Of a stretch of 64,000 bases of DNA, positions 1-10,088 are shown in pieces (position 1 is the first letter of the stretch; each line of letters starts with the position of its first letter). The stretch is from contig JAGBCY010000003.1 in the NCBI GenBank assembly GCA_017937765.1, positions 40,550 to 104,549 of the forward strand. The letters run 5' to 3'. Below the pieces are notes generated by a model, which had not been told where the DNA came from, did not search any database, and worked only from the letters and a program-made list of their open reading frames with translations. Source of the stretch: Alistipes sp. Lineage in GTDB: Bacteria > Bacteroidota > Bacteroidia > Bacteroidales > Rikenellaceae. A program made the position numbers and the translations under genes.

Positions 1-775
1 AGTGCTTTGAGTCGGGCGACCACTGAAGATATACGCGGTAACGCTCGTCGGGCTTAATCTGCTCGATGCAGTCCTCGAACCAGTGGTAGGCGGTCGACTC
101 GACGGCATCGGTGGTGATGGGGTGCTCGACGATTGTCGAGTCCTTGGGGTCGCGTACGAGCTTCTCGACATCCTCGGTGGTCATATACCAGAGGTTGTAG
201 TTCTTCTCATACACGGCTATACGGCCATCGGGTGATACGTTTGCCCACGAGGGGAATCGTCCCTCGCGTTCCTCAAGCGTCGAGAGCTCGCGCTTGGCGA
301 TGTCCCACTTGTAGTGGAGCACGATGGGCTTGCCATCCTCATCCTTCTCCAGATATTTGTTATTCTCGACAACGGCTGCCGAGGGGGTGATATCGAACAA
401 CACGTACTTATCCTCCTCGAGCTTGAGGTTGCTGATGGGAAGGTGCTCGGCATCAAAGGGATACGACGACAGGAGCGTAACCTTCTCGGCAAGCTCGGCC
501 ATCGACCATAGCTCGGTCTTGCGACCCGTTGTGGGGTCTACGATGTAGTAGTTTATGGCATCTACGGTCTGCCATCTATACCAGAACTTCGACGAGCCCT
601 CAAACCAGTTGGGGCGGACGATGGTCTGGGGTACGAGGCGGCGCACCTTTGTGGGCGAGAAACGCTCGGCCAGCTCGTAGTTTGGCTTCACGCCATCGGG
701 GTTGTGGGCCTCGGCCACGGTTGCCGAGGCGAGGGTTGCCGCCGCAGCAAAGAGTAGAGTCAGTTTCTTAATCAT
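1..775 (-). CDS. S9 family dipeptidyl peptidase IV-like protein, N-terminal part (runs off the window)
   Basis: Not in the ORF track; translated by hand from ATG 775: MIKKLTLLFAAAATLASATVAEAHNPDGVKPNYELAERFSP...PNWFEGSSKFWY...WANVSPDGRIAVYEKNYNLW...ITTDA...LQWSPDSKH. Signal peptide and SPDG/WSPDS propeller motifs typical of DPP IV N-terminal domains; the catalytic domain is outside the window. Confidence 0.8.
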   Translation of the reverse strand, partial: MIKKLTLLFAAAATLASATVAEAHNPDGVKPNYELAERFSPTKVRRLVPQTIVRPNWFEGSSKFWYRWQTVDAINYYIVDPTTGRKTELWSMAELAEKVTLLSSYPFDAEHLPISNLKLEEDKYVLFDITPSAAVVENNKYLEKDEDGKPIVLHYKWDIAKRELSTLEEREGRFPSWANVSPDGRIAVYEKNYNLWYMTTEDVEKLVRDPKDSTIVEHPITTDAVESTAYHWFEDCIEQIKPDERYRVYLQWSPDSKH

Positions 776-807
776 ATTTAATTCTCAATTTTAGGTTTCG
801 ATAAGGG

Positions 808-837
808 CAAAGGTACGAAAAAAAGTTGAATGGCGAA
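808..837 (-). promoter_or_regulatory. Bacteroidota sigma-A promoter for the S9 peptidase
   Basis: -7 box TACCTTTG (808-815, minus strand) with a TTCG -33-like element 18 nt upstream. Confidence 0.55.
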
Positions 838-929
838 GGATGTTTTCAAAATTATTAGAAGAGTTTTCAAATTCCGCACACGGCGTAAATATCGGGTGAT
901 AGAATGAGCGAGCAAAAGTACTCTTTGAT

Positions 930-960
930 TTTGTGAAATGATTATATTTTTGTATATTTG
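930..960 (+). promoter_or_regulatory. Bacteroidota sigma-A promoter for the WG-repeat/kinase pair
   Basis: TTTG(930-933)-N19-TATATTTG(953-960), matching the consensus. Confidence 0.6.
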
Positions 961-1177
961 CAACGATTGACGTCCTTGTGTGTTGAGTGGCCATCGTGGT
1001 GCTACTTTTGTTAATCAGATGGGTTGTTGGGCAAAGTGTTGATATTCAGAGCCTGCCTATCGATTTTAGCTTAAAATGGAGTGTAAAGGATTGAGGCGAG
1101 AGTTGCATCATACATCTTACGGAGTATGATGTTTTTTCGCACGACATCCGCAATATGATAAACGAATAATTGAGATA

Positions 1178-3118
1178 ATGCGGGAAAAATTCCTGCGAAA
1201 TAAAAAATTTTTTATGCTTATGTTACGAAGAAACCTGTTGATGCTCGTTTTCTTGATTTGCACTGTTGTTGTGGCCGATGCGCAGGTGGCACGATGGGCT
1301 CCAAATCTTAAACCTGAATTCGATAGGATCACGGTAAATAACGTGGGACTCCTCGAGGTGGAGAGGGATAAGAAGGTGGGTCTCTATAGCCGCGACTGGA
1401 AGGAGATCGTACCTATCGAGTATGATAGTATTCGCCCATTCCGTGAGGGTCGTGCCGCTATGTACAAGGAGGGTCACTTCGTGGCATTTACCGACACGAT
1501 TGGTAACATCATCAATGTCAGCAATTATCAGTATAGCTTGGTTGAGGGTGCCGAGGATTTTAGCTGCGGCGCGCTACTTGTTAAACGCTATCAGCAGCCG
1601 TTCGGATGGCTGTATCACTACATCAACTATGATGGTAGGTCTATTATGCCTGACCAGTATCTAATCGAGGCCTATCCCTTCTCGAATGGCTATGCTGTTG
1701 TGAGTCGTTATGTTGAGGGTAACACGACTCGATACTATGATGTCATCGACACGAATGGCCGCTCGGCTTTTGCGGGTAACGATAATATGAACAATGTCGA
1801 TATCCAGTTCGCCTCGACCTTTGTGGATGGCGAGGCTATCGTTATCTACAAGAATCGCGTACACAAGATCACTACCGAGAACCTCGTGCCTGATCAGATC
1901 TATGTCGACAGCCCCGAGGGTAAGAAGAATAAATATAAGGTGACGATCAGCGACTTCGAGGGTTCGCGTCAGTATCTGGTTGATGGACGTATCCATATTG
2001 CGGCCAAGAATGGCAATTTTATGTTTGATAAGTTCCGTCGACTCGAGGAGTATCGCTTGGGTGACGCCCCGGCGGTGACTATGCCCGTACCTCAGCCCCA
2101 GACCCCTGTTGAGGATAAGTCGGTGTTCGAGGTGACGTCGGAGGGTGGCCTCGATGGCCTTAACTATATGGGTGAGGAGTTGCTTCCTCCGCAGTTTGAT
2201 AAGGTTACCTACGTGGGCAACAACTTCGTTATCGTTCGCCAGAAGGGTAAGTATGGCGTCATTACGGCCGATGGCGATGCCGATTTCCACTTTACACTAA
2301 ATAGCGGTAAGGATATTGATTTCCGCCATAATACTCACGACGTGGAACTTATGGTCGATGTGCCAGTTTTTGTGGATCAAGACAAGGCACACGTGGCGAG
2401 CCTCAGCAATGATTGCCGAATATTCTATAATGGGGCGATGAGGTCAGCAGGTGTACGCTCGAACTATATTACGTTTAATAAGTGTATGCTGACTATCCCG
2501 AGCGATATTACGGGTGCGCCTCGAGATCATCACTACAATTTTAGGGTGGAGTACGATGGCTTGGTGTCTCGCACATATGACGTGTCGGCAAAGGAGTGGT
2601 ACGTTATGTATTACAACGTTACGCCCGATGTGTTGCAGTATTCACTCGAGACTCCCGATGATGCGATCACCGTGGATTTCCATATCTCAAAGACCGAAGA
2701 TGCTCGTTTTGATACCCAATCATACCCCAAAGAAGTACTCGTTTACCAGCTTGCGGAGATTGATGGCGAAGTAAAGGAGGTGCGCATTGATTGCACTAAG
2801 TTTAGCGAGACACACTACCAGTTTGCCATTGCACGTGTTGAGAGCGAGCGACAAGGTTTTCTTATCCACGTACGTGAGGAGGGATGTCCTACCTATGAGT
2901 ATCCCTTTGAACTTAACTTCAATATCCCCGCGCCTCCAGTTGTTGAGGAGGGTGAGACAGCTCCTGTTGTAGACCCGCAGCCTACGACCGTGACTATCAA
3001 TCCGGAGAAGCAACGCGTGCGTCCTGCACCTCCTACGCTCGGCTTGGATATCTCGTCTGAGGGCGCATCGACCGCGGGTATCCGCCACGCACAGACTACG
3101 GTCTCGGCCGGTAAGTAG
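1178..3118 (+). CDS. Secreted WG-repeat-containing protein (true start probably near 1214)
   Basis: Signal-like segment LLMLVFLICTVVVADA-Q; WG-repeat-like units (KVGLY...IVPIEYDSIRPFREGRA, EAYPFSNGYAVV, LLPPQFDKV...KGKYGVI); Pro/Glu-rich tail. Confidence 0.7.
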   Translation: MREKFLRNKKFFMLMLRRNLLMLVFLICTVVVADAQVARWAPNLKPEFDRITVNNVGLLEVERDKKVGLYSRDWKEIVPIEYDSIRPFREGRAAMYKEGHFVAFTDTIGNIINVSNYQYSLVEGAEDFSCGALLVKRYQQPFGWLYHYINYDGRSIMPDQYLIEAYPFSNGYAVVSRYVEGNTTRYYDVIDTNGRSAFAGNDNMNNVDIQFASTFVDGEAIVIYKNRVHKITTENLVPDQIYVDSPEGKKNKYKVTISDFEGSRQYLVDGRIHIAAKNGNFMFDKFRRLEEYRLGDAPAVTMPVPQPQTPVEDKSVFEVTSEGGLDGLNYMGEELLPPQFDKVTYVGNNFVIVRQKGKYGVITADGDADFHFTLNSGKDIDFRHNTHDVELMVDVPVFVDQDKAHVASLSNDCRIFYNGAMRSAGVRSNYITFNKCMLTIPSDITGAPRDHHYNFRVEYDGLVSRTYDVSAKEWYVMYYNVTPDVLQYSLETPDDAITVDFHISKTEDARFDTQSYPKEVLVYQLAEIDGEVKEVRIDCTKFSETHYQFAIARVESERQGFLIHVREEGCPTYEYPFELNFNIPAPPVVEEGETAPVVDPQPTTVTINPEKQRVRPAPPTLGLDISSEGASTAGIRHAQTTVSAGK

Positions 3119-3187
3119 ACTCTACATTAAATATAATAACCCAAATATCGCAGGCTTCGGCCTGCGATTTAATAAATAACCACTACT

Positions 3188-5236
3188 ATGAGTGAGACCC
3201 AGAGGGCAGATCTTGTGCCAGAGGCTCCGAACGCGGAGGGTGCGACGGAGATGAACGCGACACCGAGTGCAGAGGGAACCGAGATGAACGTGACGCCGAG
3301 CGCAGAGGATGATGTTATGATGGCCGAGCCATTGCGGACGGAGAACTCAGCGGGAGAGGAGCAGGCTGAGCGGAATAATGAGCTTCAAGAGAACACGCTT
3401 CTCAAGGGAGGTAGCTACCGTATCATCAAGTCTATCGGTAAGGGTGGCTTCGGCATTACATACCTTGCCGAGCATATAGATATGAAGCGTCGCGTGTGTA
3501 TCAAGGAGTTCTTCCTAAAGGACTGGAATAACCGCGAGAAGGGTAAGCAGAGCGTCTCGTTGGCTGTGCCGAGCTACTCGAAAGCGATAGATGGCTATAA
3601 GCAGAAGTTCTTGAAGGAGGCCCGCACGCTTGCGGCACTCGATCATCCCAATATCGTTCGTGTCCACGATGCCTTTGCCGAGAATGGCACGGCATACTAC
3701 GTTATGGAGTTTATTGAGGGCGACTCGCTCGATAACGTCATTAAGAGCGGCGGAGCTCTTGCCGAGGATACAGCCCTCAGTTATGCCGAGCAGATAGCCT
3801 CAGCCCTCGGATATATGCACGAGCGCAACCTCCTGCACCTCGATATCAAGCCCCAGAACGTGATGATTCGCAAGAGCGATGGCCGCGTGATACTCATCGA
3901 CTTTGGCCTCACGAAGCACTACGACAAGGGTAGCGGTACGGAGACCACGACGACGGGTGGCGGTTATAGCGACGGCTATGCCCCCATCGAGCAGTACGAT
4001 AATAGCAGCATCTCGAGCTTCAGCCCCGAGACCGACATCTATTCGCTGGGTGCTACGCTCTATGCTATGCTCGCAGGCAATCGTCCTCCTACCCCGCGTG
4101 ATATCGACTATAAGACATTCCCTACGTTCAGACGTAAGGTCAACGAGCGCGTGCCTAAGGCCATCCGTGCAGCTATGCAGTACAATAGCAAGGACCGCCC
4201 GCATAGCACAGGTGAGTTCCTCGCGATGCTCCCGCATAAGTCACATAGGTCGCCGCTGCGTTGGATTATCGCCAGCGTTGCCGTTGTTGCTGTCGTGGCT
4301 GTTGCGGCCGTGATGCTCTTGGGTGGTAACCCCGAGCAGAAGAGTGAGGCTACGACCGTAGAGGTTAACGTTGAGGAGCTTACGACTATGGGTCGTGCCT
4401 ATTATAGCGACAGGAACTACGAGAAGGCCTTTGAGTGCTGGCTTAAGGCGGCCGAGGGAGGCTATGCCGAGGCTCAGGTCGAGGTCGGCCAGTGCTATCG
4501 TAACGGCCTCGGTACGGATGCTGACGCCGAGAAGGCACTTGACTGGTATATGGAGGCTGCTAATCAGGGTAGCATAGTGGCTTGCAATATCTTAGGTGGC
4601 TGTTTCTTCGAGGGTGAGCTCGTCGAGAGTGATATCAAGTCTGCCATCTACTGGTACGAGCAGGCTGCAGAACAGGGCGATGTCAGCGCGCAGTTTAACG
4701 TTGCGAAATGTTATACGGTCAAGGGCGAGACTCAGGACTTCGATGCCGCTATCTTGTGGTTCTCGCGTGCTGCAAAGGCGGGCGACGTGGCAGCGCAGCT
4801 CGAGCTTGGCGATATATATTTCGTGGGTAAGGTCGATGGCGAACGCGATTTCAACACGGCTATGAAGTGGTACGGTATGGCTGCCGAGAGTGGCGATGCC
4901 GTCGGCCAGCTCTATATGGCTATGTGTCACGTGGCTCTCAAAGAGTACGACGAGGCATTTAAAATGTACTTGCTTGCTGCTGAGCAGGGTAATGCTCAGG
5001 CGCAGTGTGAGTTGGGCGCGTGCTATCAGAATGGTTATGGCACTGGTAAGAATGCCGAGATGGCCTTCTACTGGTATCAGAAGTCTGCCGCTCAGGGTCT
5101 TGACCGCGCTCAGTATAGCTTGGGCGTATGCTACGAATTTGGGTTAGGCACCAAGCCCGACGCCGCTAAGGCTCAGGAGCTCTATCGCCTTGCTGCCGAT
5201 CAGGGCTTTGCCGCGGCCGCAGCTCGACTGAAGTAG
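3188..5236 (+). CDS. Hanks-type Ser/Thr protein kinase with one TM helix and C-terminal Sel1-like repeats
   Basis: GKGGFG, CIKE, HLDIKPQN, DFG, YAPIE, DIYSLG; hydrophobic WIIASVAVVAVVAVAAVMLL; about 8 repeats of type A..WY..AA.QG...AQ..LG.CY. Confidence 0.93.
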   Translation: MSETQRADLVPEAPNAEGATEMNATPSAEGTEMNVTPSAEDDVMMAEPLRTENSAGEEQAERNNELQENTLLKGGSYRIIKSIGKGGFGITYLAEHIDMKRRVCIKEFFLKDWNNREKGKQSVSLAVPSYSKAIDGYKQKFLKEARTLAALDHPNIVRVHDAFAENGTAYYVMEFIEGDSLDNVIKSGGALAEDTALSYAEQIASALGYMHERNLLHLDIKPQNVMIRKSDGRVILIDFGLTKHYDKGSGTETTTTGGGYSDGYAPIEQYDNSSISSFSPETDIYSLGATLYAMLAGNRPPTPRDIDYKTFPTFRRKVNERVPKAIRAAMQYNSKDRPHSTGEFLAMLPHKSHRSPLRWIIASVAVVAVVAVAAVMLLGGNPEQKSEATTVEVNVEELTTMGRAYYSDRNYEKAFECWLKAAEGGYAEAQVEVGQCYRNGLGTDADAEKALDWYMEAANQGSIVACNILGGCFFEGELVESDIKSAIYWYEQAAEQGDVSAQFNVAKCYTVKGETQDFDAAILWFSRAAKAGDVAAQLELGDIYFVGKVDGERDFNTAMKWYGMAAESGDAVGQLYMAMCHVALKEYDEAFKMYLLAAEQGNAQAQCELGACYQNGYGTGKNAEMAFYWYQKSAAQGLDRAQYSLGVCYEFGLGTKPDAAKAQELYRLAADQGFAAAAARLK

Positions 5237-5481
5237 GCCTCGGAATCAAGTCCCCGACACATATCTTCGCGTGGCTGCTACCTCCTTGCACGATATGACT
5301 GCTCAAAGTTAGCTCAACGGCGGCGGTATTTGTGGTGGTAGTGTGACCGCGTTAAATTGATAATGGGCAGTGTTGAGATAGCAGCACGGCCCATTTTCTT
5401 GCTCATATCTTACCCCACGACAGAAGTTATGATAGAGTATGCTTTATCTCTACTCCTCAGCCCCACATCGCACATAGACAT

Positions 5482-5508
5482 AAAAAAACACCCACGGTAA
5501 CGTGGGTG
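5482..5508 (-). terminator. Intrinsic terminator after tRNA-Met
   Basis: CACCCACG-TTAC-CGTGGGTG followed by T7 on the minus strand. Confidence 0.8.
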
Positions 5509-5518
5509 CTTATGGTTG

Positions 5519-5592
5519 TAGCGAGAGAGAGACTTGAACTCTCGACCTCATGATTATGAATCATGCGCTCTGACCAGCTGAGCTATCTCGCC
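5519..5592 (-). tRNA. tRNA-Met (CAT anticodon), no encoded CCA
   Basis: GGCGAGATAGCTCAGCTGGTCAGAGCGCATGATTCATAATCATGAGGTCGAGAGTTCAAGTCTCTCTCTCGCTA: cloverleaf, anticodon stem CATGA/TCATG, GTTCAA T-loop; TATCTTTG promoter at 5614-5621. Met versus Ile2 is not provable by eye. Confidence 0.93.
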
Positions 5593-5736
5593 ATAGCTTT
5601 TGGAAAGCGAGTGCAAAGATAGAGCAATTTTCCAAACTTACAAAATATTTCGCAAGTTTTTTTTAAATTTTCTAAAAATTATGCCCACTTAGCCATTTCG
5701 GCCAAGCGGGCATATCTCGCTAATCTCTGTGCTTCA

Positions 5737-7230
5737 CTACATAATCGTGTAGCTCGAGGCGCGACCGTTTGGGTAGATGCCGTCGATCGAGGTGATGCGC
5801 TCGGTGATACGACGGATGTCATCGACCGTGTAGATCGGCTTGTCGTTGATATGGGTGATGATGTAACCATCTTTCACGCGGCAGCGGTCCATAAGACCTC
5901 CGCGCTGGATGTTGCTGACCTGTACACCACCACGGATATCCAACTCACGGCATAGCGCGGTAGATATGTTGGTAAGCTTTGCACCGAGCTCCTCGATAGC
6001 ATCGACGCTATCGGGACTGAGCAGCGATGTCTCGCCAGCCTTGTTCTGAAGTGTTGCCTCAAGCTCGAGAGTCTTATCTCCACGACGCACGCTGACCGTC
6101 ACCTTGTCGCCCGGGCGACGCTTGCCTATCTGCTCGAGGAATATGGCCGAGTCGTTGACCGTTACACCGTCGATTGCGGTGATGATGTCACCCTTGCGGA
6201 TGCCGGCCTCCGAGGCTGCTCCGTCCTCTACCACCGATGATACGTACATACCGCCGATTTCCGTGATACCCATAGCCTCGCCATACTCGTCGATAAACTG
6301 CTGATCTATGGCGCGGAACGATATGCCGAGAACGGCACGTTGAACGATGCCCGACTCCTTCAGATCGACAACGACCTTGCGGACGATGGTCTCGGGCACG
6401 GCAAACGAGTAGCCCACGTAGCTGCCCGTCGAGGTCTTGATGATGGTGTTGATACCCACAAGCTCACCGCGCGTATTCACAAGTGCACCTCCCGAGTTGC
6501 CGGGGTTCACGGCGGCGTCGGTCTGGATAAACGACTCGATGCCTGTGCGCGTATCCAACGCCCCCAAGCGGCGTGCCTTAGCCGATACGATACCTGCGGT
6601 GATTGTCGATTGCAGGTCCATAGGGTAGCCAATAGCCAGCACCCACTCGCCGAGTCGCAGGTCGTCCGACGAGCCGAAGGGCAAGGTGGGCAGTCCCGAT
6701 GCCTCAATCTTTATGAGTGCAACGTCGGTCTCGGGGTCCGAACCGATAATCTCGGCATCGAAGGCGCGGCCGTCGTGCAGCTTCACGCGGAGCTTAGTGG
6801 CATCCTCGATGACGTGGTTGTTCGTGACGATATATCCATCCTCCGATATGATTACTCCCGAGCCACCAGCGCGAGCCTCGCGCGAGCCCGAGCCGTAGCC
6901 CTGCGGGTAGCCGAAGAACTCGAAGAAGGGGTCGTGCTGATAGCTACCACCGCCCACGACTACCGTGGCCTCGATGTTGACAACGGCCTTGACGGCATTC
7001 TCTGCTGCGTATGTGAGGTCGGGATAGTCGGTGCCTACAACCTGAGCTGCGAAGTGCGCGTCGGTTGCTGGGTTCTGTCTGAAGCCATCCTCGCTATCGC
7101 CAACAGCGATGCTCTGGACGGCAGTGTCGTCGCTCCTATCGAGGCTCTCGTTCACGGCGTACATCGTTGCTGCACCCGTTACTGCCGATACGACAACAAC
7201 ACCTAAGTAAAATAAAATCTCCTTTTTCAT
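5737..7230 (-). CDS. htrA: Do/DegQ (HtrA) family serine endoprotease with PDZ domains
   Basis: GSGVIIS, TNNHV (His), TDVALIKI (Asp), IQTDAAVNPGNSGG (Ser); N-terminal anchor; two PDZ-like regions. Confidence 0.93.
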   Translation of the reverse strand: MKKEILFYLGVVVVSAVTGAATMYAVNESLDRSDDTAVQSIAVGDSEDGFRQNPATDAHFAAQVVGTDYPDLTYAAENAVKAVVNIEATVVVGGGSYQHDPFFEFFGYPQGYGSGSREARAGGSGVIISEDGYIVTNNHVIEDATKLRVKLHDGRAFDAEIIGSDPETDVALIKIEASGLPTLPFGSSDDLRLGEWVLAIGYPMDLQSTITAGIVSAKARRLGALDTRTGIESFIQTDAAVNPGNSGGALVNTRGELVGINTIIKTSTGSYVGYSFAVPETIVRKVVVDLKESGIVQRAVLGISFRAIDQQFIDEYGEAMGITEIGGMYVSSVVEDGAASEAGIRKGDIITAIDGVTVNDSAIFLEQIGKRRPGDKVTVSVRRGDKTLELEATLQNKAGETSLLSPDSVDAIEELGAKLTNISTALCRELDIRGGVQVSNIQRGGLMDRCRVKDGYIITHINDKPIYTVDDIRRITERITSIDGIYPNGRASSYTIM

Positions 7231-7366
7231 AACTCTAAATCCTTTAATAATCAAGAGCCGAAATGCTACATAGGCAGTGCTATTTATTCTTTTTCAATCG
7301 TTATTCTTGCGAGTATAACGCGCGAGCTGTGGATGTTATTGCGCGCTGTCGGATATTTGTTTGAGA

Positions 7367-7669
7367 CTATTCGAGGATATACACCGTCTCGCCAGAGCGT
7401 TGCATATGATATGTCTCGCGGGCGAACTTCTCCATAAACTCCGGTGAGGTGCTGATCTGCTCGATGAAGGCACTATCGCGTGCGATGCGCTCTTCGAGCG
7501 TAGCGATGCGCTCCTCGACAGCTCGGCGATTTCGACGCGTACGCATCGTATCGCCGATGGTCGAGATAGATACAACAACCGTACAGATGGCAATGACCAC
7601 GGTCATCGTCACCCAGAAGTAGTTGATGAACTTCTGTTTGCGGCTCTCTTTTGTATCTTGCTTTGTCAT
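7367..7669 (-). CDS. Septum formation initiator (FtsB/DivIC family)
   Basis: TM helix, coiled coil, EKFARETYHMQRSGETVY motif. Confidence 0.8.
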   Translation of the reverse strand: MTKQDTKESRKQKFINYFWVTMTVVIAICTVVVSISTIGDTMRTRRNRRAVEERIATLEERIARDSAFIEQISTSPEFMEKFARETYHMQRSGETVYILE

Positions 7670-7675
7670 AGCGGG

Positions 7676-8311
7676 TTATGGTATGTGCATAAACTTATGC
7701 GTCTGTATCGAGATATTCCATTCGGGGTTTGCCTTCACCCACTCCACGATAGGTCCGATGATGCTCTCGTAGACGCTCCACTCGGGCTGTACGTAGAGCA
7801 GACATTTGCGGCCGACCTTGCGGCTGCACTCCACGGCCCACTCCAAGTCGTCCATCGTCTGGATGATAACCTTAAGCTCGTCGGCACGGCGGAAGGCCTC
7901 GTCGAGAGGTGGCATCTGACGCTTGGGCGAGAGGCATATCCAATCGAACTCGCCGCTTATGGGGTTTGTGCCCGATGTCTCGATAAATATCTCGAGGCCA
8001 CGGGCGTGGAGCTCACGCGTGAGCTCGCCTAAGGGGTAGAGTAGAGGCTCGCCTCCCGTGATTACGATGGCCTGTGCCGAGCAACTCGAAGCGCGCTCGA
8101 CGATGGTCTCGATGGCGGTCGGTGGGTAGATCTTGGGATTCCACGTGTACTTGGCGTCGCACCAGCGGCAGCCAACGTCGCAGCCGCCGAGGCGTATGAA
8201 GTAGGCGGGCTTGCCGGAGTGGAAGCCCTCGCCCTGTACGGTGTAGAAGTCCTCGACAAGCGGTAGCTTGCGACCTCCCTCCAGGAGCTCTATGTCGGGA
8301 TTAATCTTCAT
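7676..8311 (-). CDS. queE: 7-carboxy-7-deazaguanine synthase (radical SAM)
   Basis: FYTVQGEG, FIRLGGCDVGCRWCD, ITGGEP, IETSG, SIQTHK. Confidence 0.93.
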   Translation of the reverse strand: MKINPDIELLEGGRKLPLVEDFYTVQGEGFHSGKPAYFIRLGGCDVGCRWCDAKYTWNPKIYPPTAIETIVERASSCSAQAIVITGGEPLLYPLGELTRELHARGLEIFIETSGTNPISGEFDWICLSPKRQMPPLDEAFRRADELKVIIQTMDDLEWAVECSRKVGRKCLLYVQPEWSVYESIIGPIVEWVKANPEWNISIQTHKFMHIP

Positions 8312-8840
8312 CTAAAACGTAGATATCCTTAAGGTTACGACCTATCTGGTTGTAGTCCAAGCCATAGCCCACGATAAACTCATTGCCGATTGGCATAGCC
8401 ACGTAGTCGATCTCGTACTCGTAGAGGAACTTATCGGGCTTGAAGAAGAGCGTGCAGATAGAGATGCTCGCGGGGTTACGCTGACGCAGGTAATCCAAAA
8501 GGTAGTTCATACTGTGGCCCGTCTCGACGATATCTTCGACGATGATGATATCCTTACCCTCGATGTCGAAGTCGATGCCGAGGTGCTGCTTGATGTTACC
8601 CGTCGACTGTGTGCCGTCGTACGACGATATCTTAACGAATGCCAAGCGGCAATCGAACGTGGTCTTACGCACGAGGTCGCTGAGGAAGAGGAATGCTCCG
8701 CTGAGCACGCCGAGGAAGATGGGCGTCTTACCCTTATAACGCTCGTTGAGCTTATCGGCAACGCGCTGCACAGCAGCATCAATCTCCTCTGCGGGGATCA
8801 TAGTCTTAAACTTGCGATCTAAAAGTTGAATCTTATCCAT
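8301..8840 (-). CDS. hpt: Hypoxanthine phosphoribosyltransferase
   Basis: GVLSGAF, IIIVEDIVETGHS PRPP loop, FIVGYGLDY. Confidence 0.95.
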   Translation of the reverse strand: MDKIQLLDRKFKTMIPAEEIDAAVQRVADKLNERYKGKTPIFLGVLSGAFLFLSDLVRKTTFDCRLAFVKISSYDGTQSTGNIKQHLGIDFDIEGKDIIIVEDIVETGHSMNYLLDYLRQRNPASISICTLFFKPDKFLYEYEIDYVAMPIGNEFIVGYGLDYNQIGRNLKDIYVLDED

Positions 8841-8878
8841 AGCTAAGAAGCTGTTAAATTTTCTGTAAAGTTACACAA

Positions 8879-10078
8879 TTATTCCGAGACTACAAAACTA
8901 TCGGTCTTAACGCGGTCGATTATTCCGCTCAAGGCGGCCAGTATCACGCCATAGTTGGTGATGGCGACGCCCTGCTGGCGTGCGCGCTCAATGCGGCTGA
9001 GTACGTGGCGGCGGTTGAACATACAGGCTCCGCAGTGGATGACAAGGTCGTACGGACTAAGGTCGGTGGGGTAGTCCGCACCTCCCACGATGTCGATATG
9101 CAGGCCCTCGCCAAAGCGTTTACGTAGTATGCGCGGCAGCTTTACGCGGCCTATATCCTCGTTCTGAGGCGTATGCGTGCAGGCCTCGGCGATGAGTATT
9201 CGCGAGGTGGGGGTCAGTCGTTTCAGAGCCTTGACTCCCTCCATAAAGAGAGCGATGTCGCCCTTGTAGCGAGCAAAGAGGATGGAGAAAGAGGTGAGCG
9301 TCGAGGCCTCGGGCTTCAGACGATATACCTCCTCGAAGGCTTGCGAATCGGTGATGATGAGCTCTGGGGGCGTAAATAGCGATGCTAACGCCTCGGCCAT
9401 ACGGTCGGGCGTGCAGCATATGGGCACACATCCGCGGTCCAAGAGCTCGCGTATGGTCTGCACCTGAGGCTGTATAAGTCGCCCTTTGGGGGCCGACTTA
9501 TCTTGCGGCATAACAAGCAGCACACGGTCTCCCGCCTTACAAAAACCCTCGGTGATGAGTCGCTCTTCCGAAGGACGGCACCGAGCGATGCGCTCCTTAA
9601 GTTCGGCAATGCCCTCGCCCTTGAGCGCACTTATTGTGATTGGCTCCACGCCGGTTATTACTGAAACCTCTCGGCTAAGTGCCTCAGTGTCTGTCAGACG
9701 GTCGCTCTGCGCGAGGACGACGATCGTCGGAATCTCCCTCACACGACACTCCTTCAAGACCTCCATCTCGACATCCGTGCCCTCGTCGGTAAAGAGCACG
9801 ATGGCTATGTCGGTGCGGTCGAGTACCTTTGCCGTGCGTGCTATGCGTGCCGTACCAAGCACCGTGTTGTCGTCGAGACCCGGGGTGTCAATGATGACCG
9901 CAGCACCTAAGCCTTGGAGCTCCATTGCCTTCTGTACGGGGTCGGTCGTCGTGCCGCGCTCCGCCGAGACGATGGCTACATCCTGCCCCGTGAGGGCATT
10001 CATCAGTGTCGACTTGCCGGCATTGCAGCGTCCGAGCAGCGCGATATGTACTCGTTCTGAGGTGGGTGTGCTCTGCAT
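8879..10078 (-). CDS. hydF: [FeFe]-hydrogenase H-cluster maturation GTPase
   Basis: GRCNAGKS, GTTTDPV, DTPG, APKGRLIQPQVQ, EACTH...HCGACM. Confidence 0.95.
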   Translation of the reverse strand: MQSTPTSERVHIALLGRCNAGKSTLMNALTGQDVAIVSAERGTTTDPVQKAMELQGLGAAVIIDTPGLDDNTVLGTARIARTAKVLDRTDIAIVLFTDEGTDVEMEVLKECRVREIPTIVVLAQSDRLTDTEALSREVSVITGVEPITISALKGEGIAELKERIARCRPSEERLITEGFCKAGDRVLLVMPQDKSAPKGRLIQPQVQTIRELLDRGCVPICCTPDRMAEALASLFTPPELIITDSQAFEEVYRLKPEASTLTSFSILFARYKGDIALFMEGVKALKRLTPTSRILIAEACTHTPQNEDIGRVKLPRILRKRFGEGLHIDIVGGADYPTDLSPYDLVIHCGACMFNRRHVLSRIERARQQGVAITNYGVILAALSGIIDRVKTDSFVVSE

Positions 10079-10088
10079 AGTCTCGGTG

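Noticed and set aside
133-771. Short ORFs listed in the first 780 bp
   Set aside because: They overlap the real minus-strand peptidase frame (ATG 775), which the track missed because it runs off the window
1000-5592. Genomic island integrated at the tRNA-Met 3' end
   Set aside because: No duplicated tRNA 3' fragment or integrase was found, and the tRNA is followed directly by its own terminator
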